In this document: in pieces, positions 1-8,404 of the stretch
Numbering within the stretch: position 1 is the stretch's first letter
Layout: each line of letters starts with the position of its first letter
Source: an uncultured Burkholderiales Genera incertae sedis bacterium
Lineage (GTDB): Bacteria > Pseudomonadota > Gammaproteobacteria > Burkholderiales > Eutrophovitaceae
Direction of reading: 5' to 3'
DNA length: 55,112 nucleotides
Assembly: GCA_905478365.1 (NCBI GenBank)
Contig: CAJQIK010000028.1
Coordinates: forward strand, 1-55,112
The notes under the pieces: model-generated
The model's database searches: none
Seen by the model: the letters and a program-made list of their open reading frames with translations, nothing else
Told to the model about the DNA's origin: nothing
Program-made: the position numbers and the translations under genes

Positions 1-968
1 TCCATAAGATATTTTCCGGACGGCCTCATGTTTACCAAGTATGGAGTTGTTTTGCCTATTTCTTCGAATAGTTCAAGTGGTAAGTTAAACCCAGCTCTTT
101 TCGCAATTGCAATTAAATGAATTAGCGCATTGGTTGATCCACCAAGCGCCATTAACACGCGAATAGCATTCTCAATAGATGACCAAGTCAAAATGCTAGA
201 CGGAGTTAACTTTTCCCAAACCATCTCTACGATACGCCGACCTGAATCGGAAGCCATGCGAGGGTGATTTGAGTCTGGCGCAGGAATCGTTGACGCATTA
301 GGTAACGCAAAGCCGAGCGTCTCTAAGATGCTGGTCATGGTTGACGCAGTACCCATCGTCATGCAAGTACCAGCGGATCTTGCTATACCTTCTTCAATAT
401 CACGCCAATCTTTTTCTGTGATATTGCCTGCTCGGAGCTCATCCCAGTATTTCCACACATCAGACCCAGATCCTAGTGCTTCCCCGTGCCAGTTACCTCT
501 AAGCATAGGGCCGGCCGGGACAAATATACTGGGTAAGCCCATGCTTAGAGCACCCATTAGCAGTCCTGGTGGTGTTTTATCGCAACCGCCCATCAAAACA
601 CAACCATCAATCGGATAAGACCTTAAGATTTCCTCAACCTCCATTGATAGTAAGTTTCGGTACATCATGGTCGATGGCTTTTGGTAAACCTCGGCTAATG
701 ACATTACGGGTATTTCGACCGGGAAGCCTCCGGCTTGCCAAATTCCTCGCTTTACGTCCTGAGCCCTTTCTCGAAAATGTGAGTGGCAATGACTAAGTTC
801 GCTCCAAGTATTTAAAATGCCGATAACTGGCTTTCCTTCGTAATCTTGACGACTAAAACCCATTTGTAAAGTTCTGGAGCGATGTCCAAATGCTCGAAGA
901 CTTTCAGGCCCGAACCAACGATGAGAGCGCAGTTCAGAGCTGTGTTTTAATTTTTTATTATCGGACAT
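1..968 (-). CDS. IlvD/Edd-family dehydratase, sugar-acid (aldonate) / dihydroxy-acid dehydratase type. N-terminal ~322 aa only; the C-terminus lies beyond the window start.
   Basis: My own minus-strand translation from ATG 968-966 gives MSDNKKLKHSSELRSHRWFGPESLRAFGHRSRTLQMGFSRQDYEGKPVIGILNTW... Family motifs are present: MGGCDKTPPG, SAGTCMTMGTASTM, LGGSTNALIHLIAIA, NMRPSGKYLME. It is absent from the ORF track because there is no in-window stop. Confidence 0.85.
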   Translation of the reverse strand, partial: MSDNKKLKHSSELRSHRWFGPESLRAFGHRSRTLQMGFSRQDYEGKPVIGILNTWSELSHCHSHFRERAQDVKRGIWQAGGFPVEIPVMSLAEVYQKPSTMMYRNLLSMEVEEILRSYPIDGCVLMGGCDKTPPGLLMGALSMGLPSIFVPAGPMLRGNWHGEALGSGSDVWKYWDELRAGNITEKDWRDIEEGIARSAGTCMTMGTASTMTSILETLGFALPNASTIPAPDSNHPRMASDSGRRIVEMVWEKLTPSSILTWSSIENAIRVLMALGGSTNALIHLIAIAKRAGFNLPLELFEEIGKTTPYLVNMRPSGKYLM

Positions 969-1169
969 CGTTCTAAAGGCTGAATATAGTTAATTTCAAA
1001 GTCACCGTGGCATACTATAGGCATACAGTCAAAATAACTTATTTACGGACGCAGGAAAACGCGTAATTTGTAAAGTCTTGATTTATGCGTCTTAACATAC
1101 TGAGCTAGAATAAGAATCAAATACGTGTTTAATTTTTTTTGAACACAGCGATCAAGAGAGGAGTGACAA

Positions 1170-2492
1170 ATGATTAAGGACCGAATCGATGTAAATATTG
1201 CAGGAGGCTTAGATCTGCCCTTGCCACGCATGGTACATGTGAGACAAAAATTTGTCTTATCCAAAATTAACAGCGTCACTGAAACTGTCGCTCAAGGGTT
1301 CGCCAAGCCCAGTATTCAGTCGAAGATTAAACCAGGAATGTCGGTTGCCCTTGGAGTCGGTTCTAGGGGCGTCAATAATATCGCTGAGTGTGTTAAAGCT
1401 GTAGTGGATGAAATTAAAGCCTTAGGAGGGAAGCCATTTGTTTTTCCTGCCATGGGTAGTCATGGCGGGGCGACGGCGGAGGGCCAAAAAGAGGTATTAG
1501 ATGGGTACGGTGTAACCGAATCATTTATTGGTTGTCCCGTTCAGTCCAGTATGGAAGTAGTCGAGATAGGTAAGGCCGACGATGGGATGCCGGTTTTCAT
1601 GGACAAACTGGCTGCCGACGCTGACGCTATTGCGCTCGTATGTCGGATTAAGCCCCACACCAACTTTAGAGCGCCTATCGAATCAGGCATCGTAAAAATG
1701 CTGACTATTGGTATGGGAAAGATTATCGGAGCTTCAACGTTACATACCTATGGTATGGATATGTTTGGGGTGTTGCTGCCTAAGGTAGCTAAAATAATCA
1801 TGGATAAAAAGAACTTTTTATTTGGTGTGGCGATGGTTGAAAACGCCGCAGACGATACTGCGCTCATTGAGGTAGTGCCGAGCGAAGAGGTATTAGAAAG
1901 AGAACCCATACTTTTGGCGCGAGCGAAGGAATTGATGCCGAAATTACAATTTGAAGAAATTGATGTTTTGGTTGTAGAGAAGATTGGTAAAAATATATCT
2001 GGCTCTGGTATGGATCCGAATATCACGGGCCGTAATTGCCGAGATGTTGAGTGGGAGATGAGCCCGCACGTTAAGAAAATAGCTGTGCTGGGGCTAACGC
2101 CTGAAACTCATGGGAATGCAACCGGAGTAGGTGCGGCTGATGTCATTACGATGGATGTTTACCGTGATCTCGATATTGCTAAGACCTACGCAAACGTAAT
2201 CACTTCGATGTATCTTGACGGGGCTGCTATCCCAATCATCATGAATGACGATCAGGAGGCAATACAACTCGCCGTAAAAACAGTGGTTAGAGTGAAGCCG
2301 GAAGATGTCAAAATCGTAAGAATTTCGACGACGCTTGAAGTTATGGATTTGCATGTTTCAGAGACTCTATTGCCTTATATTAAGAGTAATCCAGACAAGT
2401 TTGAGGTTGTGGGCGAGCCAGAGCTAATGAAATTTGATGCCAAAGGAAAGATTTACCCTATGATGGCTCCTCGTTCACACGTCCAGGCTTAA
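1170..2492 (+). CDS. Divergent LarA-superfamily protein (Lar_N/DUF2088-like); putative nickel-pincer-dependent 2-hydroxyacid racemase/epimerase of unknown substrate
   Basis: 440 aa, with RBS GAGAGGAG 6 nt upstream of the ATG. FPAMGSHGGATAEG...DGYG lines up with the recalled L. plantarum LarA segment VATGFHRPSTHEE...KYG. H98/H163/K176/H192 are spaced like LarA H108/H174/K184/H200. It is the first gene of an operon with larC, larE and larB. Confidence 0.7.
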   Translation: MIKDRIDVNIAGGLDLPLPRMVHVRQKFVLSKINSVTETVAQGFAKPSIQSKIKPGMSVALGVGSRGVNNIAECVKAVVDEIKALGGKPFVFPAMGSHGGATAEGQKEVLDGYGVTESFIGCPVQSSMEVVEIGKADDGMPVFMDKLAADADAIALVCRIKPHTNFRAPIESGIVKMLTIGMGKIIGASTLHTYGMDMFGVLLPKVAKIIMDKKNFLFGVAMVENAADDTALIEVVPSEEVLEREPILLARAKELMPKLQFEEIDVLVVEKIGKNISGSGMDPNITGRNCRDVEWEMSPHVKKIAVLGLTPETHGNATGVGAADVITMDVYRDLDIAKTYANVITSMYLDGAAIPIIMNDDQEAIQLAVKTVVRVKPEDVKIVRISTTLEVMDLHVSETLLPYIKSNPDKFEVVGEPELMKFDAKGKIYPMMAPRSHVQA

Positions 2493-2527
2493 GGGCTCCT
2501 TGCTAGGCATTTGATGAGGCGTCCAGC

Positions 2528-3709
2528 ATGCGTATCCATTTAGATCCCATCGGAGGTGTCGCAGGGGATATGTTTATTGCCGCTATTCTGGACGCAAAAC
2601 CAGAATGGTATGAAGACATGTGTGCATCTATTCGAACCGCAGGCTTGCCCCAAGAGGTTGAACTATCCCTGCGGCCGCACGCCGATTTTGCACTTACCGG
2701 GACACGTTTTAATGTTTCCGAATTGGGTACACATGAACATCATCACACGCCATTTGTGAAGATCAGAGATATGCTATCGCATTCAACGCTTGAGTCAGGT
2801 GTTCGACAAACCGCAATAGATATTTTTTGTCTTTTGGCCGAGGCTGAGGCCGCGGTACATGGTAAGTCTATCGAAACGATCAGCTTCCATGAAGTGGGCG
2901 AATGGGACTCTATTGCAGACATTGTTGGGGCGGCCTTTTTGATTGATAGAGCATCTGCGACCTGGACTATAGGCGCTTTGCCACTGGGCCGAGGAACAAT
3001 AGATACAAGTCATGGCAAATTGCCCGTGCCAACTCCGGCCACGGTAAGTTTGCTAGAGGGCTTTTCTTTTGATGATGACGGTCTTGATGGGGAGCGTATT
3101 ACGCCAACCGGAGCAGCAATTTTGGCCTATCTAAAACCGCAACAGTTCGGGGTAGCGCAAGGTGGGAAGTTAGTTGCATCAGGGACTGGTTTTGGAACTA
3201 AAACATTTCCTAAAAAAAGTAACGTCTTGCGTGCTTTGATGTTGTCTACAGATGTACAGGGGGCTGCATTACACGACATGGTCTATCAGATTGAATTTGA
3301 CGTTGATGATCAAAGCGCTGAAGATTTAGCGATAGGTCTGACTCATATTCGTTCACTCCCCACGGTGCTTGATGTCTCGCAAACAGCTCTGTTTGGTAAG
3401 AAAGGGCGAGTGGCCACTGCGATTCGTGTTTTGGCGACAACTGAAGATGTCGATAAGGTTTTTGAAGCATGTTTTTTTGAGACCACAACGATCGGATTGC
3501 GTTTTGGAGAGGTAAAACGTTTGACTCTAGATCGATGGGAAAAACAGTTTGATGCCGAGGGTAAAAAATGGAGCTGTAAACTTGTAAGCAGGTCAGGAGC
3601 AACAACTTTAAAGGTAGAGTCTGATAATCTTATTGGTACTAAAGGCTACGCTAATAGAGAGCGGTTACGAAGAGAAATTTCAACCAAATACGAGACCTTA
3701 GATGACTGA
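2528..3709 (+). CDS. larC: Nickel insertion protein LarC (pyridinium-3,5-bisthiocarboxylate mononucleotide nickel chelatase, DUF111 family)
   Basis: 393 aa. The N-terminus MRIHLDPIGGVAGDMFIAAILDA is typical of LarC/DUF111. A His-rich stretch GTHEHHHT lies at aa 67-74. It is a single unfused-frame polypeptide sitting between the LarA-like gene and larE. Confidence 0.85.
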   Translation: MRIHLDPIGGVAGDMFIAAILDAKPEWYEDMCASIRTAGLPQEVELSLRPHADFALTGTRFNVSELGTHEHHHTPFVKIRDMLSHSTLESGVRQTAIDIFCLLAEAEAAVHGKSIETISFHEVGEWDSIADIVGAAFLIDRASATWTIGALPLGRGTIDTSHGKLPVPTPATVSLLEGFSFDDDGLDGERITPTGAAILAYLKPQQFGVAQGGKLVASGTGFGTKTFPKKSNVLRALMLSTDVQGAALHDMVYQIEFDVDDQSAEDLAIGLTHIRSLPTVLDVSQTALFGKKGRVATAIRVLATTEDVDKVFEACFFETTTIGLRFGEVKRLTLDRWEKQFDAEGKKWSCKLVSRSGATTLKVESDNLIGTKGYANRERLRREISTKYETLDD

Positions 3710-4541
3710 AGACGTTCATCAATACATAACTGCAATACGCGCATTGCTCGTTGATATGGGAGAGGTTTCAGTCGCGGTCAGCGGGGGTATTGATAGCGTA
3801 ACGCTTGCTTTATTAGCAAACCAGACGCCAAATATTTCTGTTCAAATGTATCATGCTTTTTCGCCGGCGGTACCCGCTCAAGCCACGGAGAGAGTGAAGC
3901 AATTAGCCCGAGACTACACCTGGGACCTGAAAATTTTGGATGCTCAGGAATTTGCTGATGAGGACTATTTATCTAATCCTGTTAACCGTTGTTTTTATTG
4001 TAAAACGAATTTATATAAAGCTATATCCAATTCGACCAAAAGCGTAATACTGTCGGGCGCGAATACGGATGATTTATCGGATTATCGACCCGGATTAGAT
4101 GCGGCCCAAAACGCTAGCGTGCGACATCCTTATGTAGAAACGCAAACGCACAAGACCATGGTTAGGGCTATAGCGAAGCAAATCGGTTTAGGGCGGCTCT
4201 CTGAGCTGGCGGCGTCCCCGTGTTTATCGAGCCGAGTTGAGACCGGGATTCGCATAGACCCAGAGCTTTTACCGCTCATTAATGAGACAGAGCGTTTAAT
4301 TACACGATCCGTCTTTCCAGAGCCTAAAACGGTGAGGTGTCGAATTCGATCGGTTGGTGTTGTGATAGAACTGGACGATAGATCAATGTCGCGCTTAACA
4401 ACGCAGAAACAAGAAGCGCTGACAGAAAAAATAAATAGTCTTTTTGAATATCGAGGTTATGTATATCCAGTGAATTTTGAGGCGTATAAACTGGGCAGTG
4501 CATTTATTCATATAAAACCGATGCATGTTGGCGAACCATAA
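3702..4541 (+). CDS. larE: ATP-dependent sulfur transferase LarE (PP-loop ATP pyrophosphatase family)
   Basis: 279 aa. PP-loop VSGGIDSVTLA is present. Cys97-x-x-Cys100 (NRCFYCK) and Cys174 in ASPCLSSRVE are present. It overlaps larC by 8 nt. Confidence 0.85.
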   Translation: MTEDVHQYITAIRALLVDMGEVSVAVSGGIDSVTLALLANQTPNISVQMYHAFSPAVPAQATERVKQLARDYTWDLKILDAQEFADEDYLSNPVNRCFYCKTNLYKAISNSTKSVILSGANTDDLSDYRPGLDAAQNASVRHPYVETQTHKTMVRAIAKQIGLGRLSELAASPCLSSRVETGIRIDPELLPLINETERLITRSVFPEPKTVRCRIRSVGVVIELDDRSMSRLTTQKQEALTEKINSLFEYRGYVYPVNFEAYKLGSAFIHIKPMHVGEP

Positions 4542-5206
4542 TGAGTTACTCAAAAGATATTAAGTTAGATTTTGATCGAGAAACTCGTATTGGCCTCGAC
4601 GAGGCAATTTTTTGCGAAGGCAAAACTGCAGAGCAAATCGCAGAAATCCTTCGACAAGCTCAGTTGAACCAACACCGATTTTTGCTTACGCGTTTATCTC
4701 AAGATAAACAAAAAAAGTTACTTACTTTCGGGGCGTTTGAAATTGACTACGACCCAATATCAAGAACTGGTTATTTTTTAGATCCCAATAAACCTATCAG
4801 TCACAATCAAGTCTCGGTCATTTGCGCGGGCACCTCCGATGTTCCAGTGGCAAAAGAGGTCGCTCGGACTCTTCAATATTATGGACATCTGGCGACGGAG
4901 ATCTCAGATGTAGGGGTGGCTGGGCTGTGGCGTTTACTTGATCGATTAGACGATATTAAGACAGCTAAGGTTATTGTTGTAGTTGCTGGAATGGATGCAG
5001 CGTTACCAACTGTCTTAGGTGGTTTGGTACCGCAGCCAATAATCGGAGTGCCAACATCGGTCGGGTATGGCGTGGCTCAAGGGGGCGCAGCCGCGCTTCA
5101 TGCTATGTTGGTTAGCTGCTCTCCGGGAATAACGGTTACAAATATTGATAACGGTTACGGGGCCGCATGTGCTGCCCTGAGGATACTCAAAGCAGCACTA
5201 ATCTAA
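4541..5206 (+). CDS. larB: NaAD carboxylase/hydrolase LarB (PurE-like, NPN cofactor biosynthesis)
   Basis: 221 aa. PurE/NCAIR-mutase-like core: VICAGTSDVPVAKE...VVAGMDAALPTVLGG...IGVPTSVGYG. Its ATG shares 1 nt with the larE stop (TAATG). Confidence 0.85.
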   Translation: MSYSKDIKLDFDRETRIGLDEAIFCEGKTAEQIAEILRQAQLNQHRFLLTRLSQDKQKKLLTFGAFEIDYDPISRTGYFLDPNKPISHNQVSVICAGTSDVPVAKEVARTLQYYGHLATEISDVGVAGLWRLLDRLDDIKTAKVIVVVAGMDAALPTVLGGLVPQPIIGVPTSVGYGVAQGGAAALHAMLVSCSPGITVTNIDNGYGAACAALRILKAALI

Positions 5207-5214
5207 TTGCTTGT

Positions 5215-5697
5215 TTACTGGAGCTCTGTCGCTACTGCATCAATTCCAGCTTGAGCGCAGATCCCGTCGTCGCTAGCTGGTGCGCCAGACACCCCAATGG
5301 AGCCAATATGTTCGCCGCTGGCAGTCATTACGGGTAGGCCTCCTTCAAATGCTGCAACACCTGGAACATGGGCAATACCGGGTACGCGAGTCGCAGCGAT
5401 TTCTTCTACTACTTTAGTCGAAAACGGAAACCCTGCAGAGGTTTCTGCCTTTAGTATTGCTATCTCAATACTTTTTAAATAGGCCCTGTCCATACGCTGG
5501 AAATAAACTAAATTACCGCCAGCATCCATGATGGCAATATTCATGCGCCAACCCTCTTGAATGGCTCGGTCTTCACAAGCTTGCGCCATTTTCTTTGCCA
5601 TCTCCAATGTCAACACGGGCCGCATTTCTACTGCGGATGCATTGCTAAAAATAAAGCTAAAACAGGATAGAACGATGAGACTAATAAGTTTCTTCAT
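5215..5697 (-). CDS. GlcG/HbpS-like (DUF336) haem-binding family protein with a predicted Sec signal peptide
   Basis: 160 aa. N-terminal MKKLISLIVLSCFSFIFSNASA looks like a cleavable signal peptide. The body has the DUF336 pattern (IAIMDAGGNLVYFQRMD...A..KA.T...F...GG.P...GE.IG.IGVSG...D). It converges on larB with an 8-nt gap. Confidence 0.7.
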   Translation of the reverse strand: MKKLISLIVLSCFSFIFSNASAVEMRPVLTLEMAKKMAQACEDRAIQEGWRMNIAIMDAGGNLVYFQRMDRAYLKSIEIAILKAETSAGFPFSTKVVEEIAATRVPGIAHVPGVAAFEGGLPVMTASGEHIGSIGVSGAPASDDGICAQAGIDAVATELQ

Positions 5698-5777
5698 GCT
5701 GCTACTCCTTGCTGAATAATTGAAAAAAACCCCCTAAATTAGATCCTACTATAAAACCATGTTTGGACCGTGGACGT

Positions 5778-7109
5778 TTAAAGAACATATCGGGCTAAAT
5801 CTTCACTTTCTGAAAGATCTTTGAGCCGCTCATTAACATATTCAAGACCGATAGAAATAGATTGGCCATGTTTTTTAGACGCATCGAATGAGAGATCTTC
5901 TAATAGCTTCTCCATTACTGTGTAGAGTCTACGGGCCCCAATATTTTCTGTTGTTTCATTGACGTGCCAAGCGATTTCTGCGATGCGACGTATACCTTCG
6001 GTTGTGAATTTTAAATAAACCTCCTCAGTCTCCATTAACGCCTCATATTGCTTGCACAGACAGGCATCTGTCGATGTCAGAATACATTCAAAATCTTCGA
6101 CCGTTAAGCTCGAGAGTTCGACTCTAATTGGAAATCGGCCTTGAAGCTCCGGTATCAAGTCAGAAGGTTTAGTTAAATGAAATGCACCACTACCGACAAA
6201 CAATATATGGTCCGTTTTGACCATGCCATACTTGGTGGATACAGTCGTTCCTTCGACGAGAGGTAACAGGTCGCGTTGCACACCTTGCCGTGAGACTTCG
6301 CCGCCACTGCTTTCTTGTCGACCAGAAATTTTATCGATTTCATCCAAAAAAACGATTCCATTTTCCTCGGCGTTGGCAACAGCCGCAGTTTTTATCTCCT
6401 CATCATTAATAAGCTTACCCGCCTCCTCGTCGATGAGGACTTTCAAAGCATCTTTTATTTTTAGTTTACGTTTTTTTGTTTTGTTTCCCCCCATATTTTG
6501 GAACATTCCTTGAATTTGGGACGTAAGGTCTTCCATTCCCGGAGGCGCAAGGATCTCCATTTGAGCGTTTAGTTGGGTGATATCTATTTCGATTTCCCTA
6601 TCGTTTAACTCACCTTCTCGCAGTCTTTTTCTGAACTTTTGCCGGGTAGCTGATTCCGTGGAACTATCTGAACCGTCCGCATCAATTGTGCGGGCAGGCG
6701 GAAGCAAGGTATCTAAAATTCGTTCCTCAGCAAGATCCTCCGCGAGGTGTTTAACTCGAAGCGTTTCTTTTTCTCGCATTTGTTTTATACCGATTTCGAT
6801 GAGATCACGAACGATCGACTCAACATCCTTGCCGACATATCCAACTTCTGTAAATTTGGTTGCTTCTACTTTGATGAATGGAGCATCAGAGAGTCGCGCT
6901 AAACGTCTGGCAATTTCTGTTTTACCTACACCAGTTGGCCCAATCATAAGTATATTTTTGGGTGTAATTTCTTGTTTTAGAGGTTCAGCAACCTGTTTCC
7001 GACGCCACCTATTTCTAAGTGCGATGGCAACGGCTTTCTTTGCGGAATGCTGTCCAACAATGTGTTTGTCCAACTCATGGACAATTTCTTGGGGATTCAT
7101 TTGTGACAT
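5778..7109 (-). CDS. hslU: ATP-dependent protease ATPase subunit HslU
   Basis: 443 aa. [23 protein letters not shown] (Walker A), [10 protein letters not shown] (Walker B), and a full-length match to the HslU pattern. It lies directly downstream of hslV. Confidence 0.97.
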   Translation of the reverse strand: MSQMNPQEIVHELDKHIVGQHSAKKAVAIALRNRWRRKQVAEPLKQEITPKNILMIGPTGVGKTEIARRLARLSDAPFIKVEATKFTEVGYVGKDVESIVRDLIEIGIKQMREKETLRVKHLAEDLAEERILDTLLPPARTIDADGSDSSTESATRQKFRKRLREGELNDREIEIDITQLNAQMEILAPPGMEDLTSQIQGMFQNMGGNKTKKRKLKIKDALKVLIDEEAGKLINDEEIKTAAVANAEENGIVFLDEIDKISGRQESSGGEVSRQGVQRDLLPLVEGTTVSTKYGMVKTDHILFVGSGAFHLTKPSDLIPELQGRFPIRVELSSLTVEDFECILTSTDACLCKQYEALMETEEVYLKFTTEGIRRIAEIAWHVNETTENIGARRLYTVMEKLLEDLSFDASKKHGQSISIGLEYVNERLKDLSESEDLARYVL

Positions 7110-7131
7110 AGTTCTAAAGGCGTCTCTTCGT

Positions 7132-7674
7132 TTATTTGTTTAAGGTTTCTATTGTGTGATTTTGGTTGGTATAGATGCAAATGTCCCCAGCAATTGTTAG
7201 AGAGGTCTTTACGATTTGTTCCGCAGTTTGATCTGAGTTGTTTAGTAACGCTTTTGCGGCTGCCTGAGCATAACCACCGCCACTGCCGATAGCAATTAGT
7301 CCATCCTCGGGTTCGATTACGTCTCCATTACCCGTGATTATGAGGGATGTGGTTAAGTCAGAAACAGCAAGCATTGCCTCGAGCTTTCTTAACATTCGGT
7401 CGGTCCGCCAGTCTTTTGCTAGCTCTACTGCGGATCTAAGCAGCTGTCCTTGGTGTTTTTCGAGTTTAGCCTCGAAGCGCTCAAATAAAGTAAATGCATC
7501 GGCAGTCCCTCCGGCAAAGCCAGCAAGGATTTTATCTTGGTAGAGTTTACGTACTTTTTTGGCAGAGCCTTTCATAACGCAATTACCCAAGGTTACTTGA
7601 CCATCTCCGCCGATAGCCACTTGATCATTTTTTCTCACTGAGATTATTGTCGTTCCGTGCATGTCGTATTTCAT
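7132..7674 (-). CDS. hslV: ATP-dependent protease peptidase subunit HslV
   Basis: 180 aa. [35 protein letters not shown]...GFAG..ADAF is the canonical HslV core. A 7-residue extension, MKYDMHG, precedes the Thr nucleophile. Confidence 0.95.
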   Translation of the reverse strand: MKYDMHGTTIISVRKNDQVAIGGDGQVTLGNCVMKGSAKKVRKLYQDKILAGFAGGTADAFTLFERFEAKLEKHQGQLLRSAVELAKDWRTDRMLRKLEAMLAVSDLTTSLIITGNGDVIEPEDGLIAIGSGGGYAQAAAKALLNNSDQTAEQIVKTSLTIAGDICIYTNQNHTIETLNK

Positions 7675-7759
7675 TATGCCGTGATGTCCTTTTTATAAAT
7701 TCAAATCGCTGTGAATTTTATTTTTAAATATAAAGCGCACTAACAGCGAGTAGAGCGTC

Positions 7760-8404
7760 TTACAAATCATTAAGAACAATTGAGTGCGTGAGATGCTCAA
7801 CCTGATTGAAGCTTTCAATATCAACGCTTTCGTTTTCAGGATTATAAATGAAGCGATGTATAGAGCCATTACCAATAGGTATGGTCACCTTGTTACCAGG
7901 CTCAATCTTATTTGCTAGTCGCCACAGTATATCAATGACGCCACCATGGGTTATTAAAAGAACGGGACCTTTTTTAAATTTTTTATGAATTAATGCTAAT
8001 GATTTTTTAACGCGACTGACAAATTCCTCCATTGACTCAGCTCCAGGAGGTGTATGAGTGAATGATCTTTCTTGAAATGCTCTGAGGTCTTTTTCATTTT
8101 TCTCCTTCGCATCGGACACAAACAAGCCTTCAAGTACGCCTAAGTGGCGCTCCCTTATTAAAGGCTCTAGAGTCAATTGCGTACCAGCTGATTTATTGGG
8201 CTCTGCTGTTTGTTTTGCGCGAGACAAATCACTGCTCACGATCCCATCGAAGATTTCGGCTTTGAGTTGATAAGCAACAGCTGAGGCTTGTGCTATGCCT
8301 TTAGCGTTTAAGGGGACATCAATTTGTCCCTGAATCCGCTTTTCCTTATTCCAATTGGTTTCCCCGTGGCGAACAACAGTGAGCTTAATTTTTTGACCAG
8401 TCAC
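7760..8404 (-). CDS. Histidine phosphatase (phosphoglycerate-mutase-like) family protein
   Basis: 214 aa. RHGETNWN catalytic motif near the N-terminus and a later ITHGGVI His motif. The GTG start overlaps the xerC stop (GTGA). Confidence 0.8.
   Translation of the reverse strand: MTGQKIKLTVVRHGETNWNKEKRIQGQIDVPLNAKGIAQASAVAYQLKAEIFDGIVSSDLSRAKQTAEPNKSAGTQLTLEPLIRERHLGVLEGLFVSDAKEKNEKDLRAFQERSFTHTPPGAESMEEFVSRVKKSLALIHKKFKKGPVLLITHGGVIDILWRLANKIEPGNKVTIPIGNGSIHRFIYNPENESVDIESFNQVEHLTHSIVLNDL

Noticed and set aside
328-796. Two + strand ORFs of 96 and 75 aa at the window start
   Set aside because: Both lie antisense to the clearly coding IlvD/Edd dehydratase frame, whose motifs are intact across this span. 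Their compositions are Pro/Ser-rich and do not look like real proteins.
6577-7143. 188-aa + strand ORF, plus 6217-6513, lying within hslU
   Set aside because: It is antisense to an unambiguous, full-length HslU. The translation is Ser/Arg/Leu-rich and low in complexity with no family resemblance. This is a typical shadow ORF.
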